DNA of 64,000 nt from Desulfatiglandales bacterium (lineage in GTDB: Bacteria > Desulfobacterota > DSM-4660 > Desulfatiglandales > Desulfatiglandaceae), in contig OY759599.1 of assembly GCA_963662465.1 (NCBI GenBank), positions 6,688,001 to 6,752,000 on the forward strand, written 5' to 3'. Of this stretch, positions 61,429 to 64,000 are shown in pieces. Position numbers and translations under genes: made by a program. The first letter of the stretch is position 1. Every line of letters begins with the position of its first letter. The notes under the pieces are model-generated. The model was not told the DNA's origin, did no database searches, and was given only the letters and a program-made list of their open reading frames with translations.

Positions 61429-63510
61429 ATGAGCAATAAAATCAATGCTGAACATATTAGTCGGGAAGCATGTATATATATCCGTCAGTCAACACCGGGC
61501 CAAGTTCTACAGCATCGTGAAAGCCAACTTTTACAATATGGCTTGGTAGAAAGGGCAAAAGAATTAGGATGGAACGAGAAAAACATATGGATGATAGATA
61601 GTGATTTGGGAATAACTGCATCGGGATGCGTTGACAGAAAAGGATTCCAGAATCTTCTTTCATCTGTGTGTGAAGGAAGAATAGGGGGTATTTTCTCGAT
61701 TGAATCATCGAGGTTGGCCCGCAACGGTCGAGAGTGGCATACGTTGCTTGAGATCTGTGCACTTAAAAAAACGGTTCTTGTAGATCAAGGAGCTGTTTAT
61801 GACCTAAACGTGTCAAATGATCGTTTGCTCCTGGGCTTAAAGGGAGAAATGAGTGCAATGGAATTGAGCCTATTAAAGGAGCGTTCTCAGGCGGCAATAC
61901 AACAAAAAGCGAAGCGGGGAGAATTATATCTTACTGTACCGGCAGCCTATATAAAGACTAGGGATAATAAGCTGAAAAAGAATCCTGACAAACGAATTCA
62001 AGAAGTCATTGATTTGGTATTCACGAAATTCAAGGAATATGGTACTCTTCGTCGGGTGTATCATTGGTTTTTAGATGAACAGATTGAGATTGCTGTTGTT
62101 TCCAGCGGTAAAGGGGAACGTAGGATAGAGTGGAAACTACCGTCTGCTCATACCTTGTCGCATATAGTGAACAACCCAATTTACGCCGGCGCCTACGTCT
62201 ATGGCCGGACTAAAACAGAGGTAACTTTTGAAAATGGGCGCAAGCGACTGAGGAAGGGTATTCGTAAGGAACAAAAGGATTGGGACGTTTTAATATTGGA
62301 TCACCATGAAGGTTACATCACATGGGAAGAGTACCAGTATAACATGGAGATACTAACTCAAAATACAAATAAGAAAAGGCCGGTGGTGAGAGGAGCTGTT
62401 CGCGGAGGAAAGGCATTGCTTGGAGGTTTGTTAAGATGCGGTCATTGCGGTAGAAAGTTAATTGTACGATACCAAGGCCGTAATGGAACTCATAAACGTT
62501 ATGAGTGTAGCCGCAAACGAGGTAACGAGACAGGAAAGGCGTGTATATCATTTGGTGGATTCCGTGTTGACCGGGCTGTTACGGATTTTCTTTTGAAAGT
62601 ATTATCACCGATAGGATTAGAAGCTTCTTTAGAGGCGATAAAGAAAATCAACCATGAATCGGATTCAGTGAAACGGCAACGGGAACTGGAGTTGGAACAA
62701 GCGCGTTATGAAGCTTTACGGGCAAAACGTCAATACAATGCAGTAGACCCTGATAATCGTTTGGTAGCATCTACATTGGAGAAGGATTGGAATGACGCTC
62801 TTGTTAAGGTAGCAAGATTGGAGAATGAGGTTGACGCCATGGGATCGAACACCCCTTCGCTTTCCCCTGAGGAGGAGACTGAGATCAGAGATCTATCAAA
62901 AGATTTACCTCGTGTATGGAATGATCCGTTTTGCTCTTTGGATTTAAAGAAGCGTATAATCCGGACGGTTATCAAAGAGATCGTTGTTTATTTGGAAGAT
63001 CAAAAGATCAAATTAATCATTCACTGGGAAGGGGGTGAGCATACGGAATTGGAGGTATTGAAGAATAAGTCTTCCAGTTACCCATTGAAAACCGATGTTG
63101 ATACAAAAAAGATAATATCCGATTTGGCTAGAATTATGCCTGATAAACACATCGTGGCCTTTCTCAACCGTGTGGGTACAAAGACTACAAAGGGATATAC
63201 CTGGAATCCGGTAAGGTTGCGTTCATTTCGAAATAGGCATAATATCCCTGTATATCATGAAGGAGAGAGGCAGCGACGAGAAGAATATACGGTAGCTGAA
63301 GCAAGCGAAAGGCTGGGTATTGGCAGCACCAAAGTTTGGAGACTTATACAACATGAGATTCTACCCGCCAAGCGAGTATGTTCCGGTGCTCCATGGATCA
63401 TTTCAAAAAAGGACCTTGAATCTGAAGTGATAAAAAAGGCAGCTCATTCCGGGCTTCCAAAGAGCCCGCTTTCAAGAAACTCAAAACAACAAGTCTTTAA
63501 TTTTCAATAA
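61429..63510 (+). CDS. Large serine recombinase with Zn-ribbon, coiled coil and C-terminal HTH
   Basis: YIRQST catalytic Ser, ESSRLARN, NPIYAG, LRCGHCG..YEC, YTVAEASERLGI. Confidence 0.95.
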   Translation: MSNKINAEHISREACIYIRQSTPGQVLQHRESQLLQYGLVERAKELGWNEKNIWMIDSDLGITASGCVDRKGFQNLLSSVCEGRIGGIFSIESSRLARNGREWHTLLEICALKKTVLVDQGAVYDLNVSNDRLLLGLKGEMSAMELSLLKERSQAAIQQKAKRGELYLTVPAAYIKTRDNKLKKNPDKRIQEVIDLVFTKFKEYGTLRRVYHWFLDEQIEIAVVSSGKGERRIEWKLPSAHTLSHIVNNPIYAGAYVYGRTKTEVTFENGRKRLRKGIRKEQKDWDVLILDHHEGYITWEEYQYNMEILTQNTNKKRPVVRGAVRGGKALLGGLLRCGHCGRKLIVRYQGRNGTHKRYECSRKRGNETGKACISFGGFRVDRAVTDFLLKVLSPIGLEASLEAIKKINHESDSVKRQRELELEQARYEALRAKRQYNAVDPDNRLVASTLEKDWNDALVKVARLENEVDAMGSNTPSLSPEEETEIRDLSKDLPRVWNDPFCSLDLKKRIIRTVIKEIVVYLEDQKIKLIIHWEGGEHTELEVLKNKSSSYPLKTDVDTKKIISDLARIMPDKHIVAFLNRVGTKTTKGYTWNPVRLRSFRNRHNIPVYHEGERQRREEYTVAEASERLGIGSTKVWRLIQHEILPAKRVCSGAPWIISKKDLESEVIKKAAHSGLPKSPLSRNSKQQVFNFQ

Positions 63511-63540
63511 CGTACGGAGGTGTGTATTATGCCGCTATTA

Positions 63541-64000
63541 CCCTCAGAACCACGCATGAGACTTTCACCTCACGTGGCTCAAGCCCCCGAAAAGGTTTCC
63601 CTGGTGGGGATTCCCGCAGATTTGCATCCACTTCACGTTACAGGCCGGCTGTCAGAATAGCCAAAGGCGCACGGGGCGCACCAGCCTCAAGGGCCGTCAT
63701 TCGCCCGTTTCACTGGCTGCTTTCCCCGCTTTCATCTGATTCCTCCGGTGTTCACGTGATCGGGCACCGCGCTGAACGTCTGCCTCCTTACGGAGCCGGG
63801 AATGTTTCACCCGGTATCCGGGCCATTACAGCCCGGCATTCGCTTCTTTCAGCCTCCTATTCCGGCCCGCCAACAGCATGCCTTGCGGTTAGCCTGCCCC
63901 CAAAAGGGGCGACGGGACCGGGTTTCCACGTTCCGCATAGTTGATCCAATGGATGACTTAGGTGCGCCCTCTACGCCGGTGGTACAACAGTTCCGTGCAG
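63541..64000 (-). mobile_element. ORF-less group II intron (DV and upstream domains; 5' end beyond the window)
   Basis: DV GAGCCACGTGAGGTGAAAGTCTCATGCGTGGTTC; only a 12-aa mini-ORF with RBS (63735-63697) about 115 nt before DV. Confidence 0.82.

Larger units (their letters stand above)
60374..63553 (+). mobile_element. Large serine recombinase integrative element inside group II intron domain V
   Basis: 13-bp direct repeat CCCTCAGAACCAC at 60374-60386 and 63541-63553; removal rebuilds DV-DVI. Confidence 0.9.

Noticed and set aside
63522..63944. 140-aa plus-strand ORF after the recombinase
   Set aside because: Antisense to structured intron RNA, with no protein motif
45771..64000. tRNA-integrated island with a duplicated tRNA 3' end, or an intI gene
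   Set aside because: No tRNA-Leu 3' repeat and no tyrosine recombinase seen in the window

Overview
Chromosomal window, probably from a Desulfobacterota-like deltaproteobacterium (inferred from gene content only). Positions 1-45.9 kb hold core and adaptive genes: a CheA hybrid kinase, gcvH-gcvPA-gcvPB, a MITE-disrupted transposase pseudogene, an Rpn-like nuclease with a probable internal antitoxin start, an exosortase/EpsI/TPR locus facing a ParA-Wzc/Wzz-OmpA operon, a CBS-SLC13-LbH-HK-RR cluster, three dodecins, and rsmG, queG, map, gmd, rpsF-rpsR-rplI-dnaB, apbE, ribF and tRNA-Leu(CAG). From 45.9 kb to the end lies an integron-type cassette array on the minus strand, with 5 attC sites and no intI in the window, heavily nested with other mobile elements. 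(i) Two different group II introns start 1-3 nt after the GTT of an attC, in cassette orientation. (ii) An IS91-family HUH transposase is packaged as a cassette with 15-bp complementary ends. (iii) A DDE IS with 26-bp TIRs and an 8-bp TSD sits inside a cassette gene. (iv) Most striking, a 3.17-kb large-serine-recombinase element is integrated in the 3' arm of domain V of an ORF-less group II intron, flanked by the 13-bp direct repeat CCCTCAGAACCAC. Its predicted excision circle would join an RBS+ATG at the right end in frame to the headless accessory ORF at the left end. All calls come from motif recognition and manual alignment; no database searches were run.
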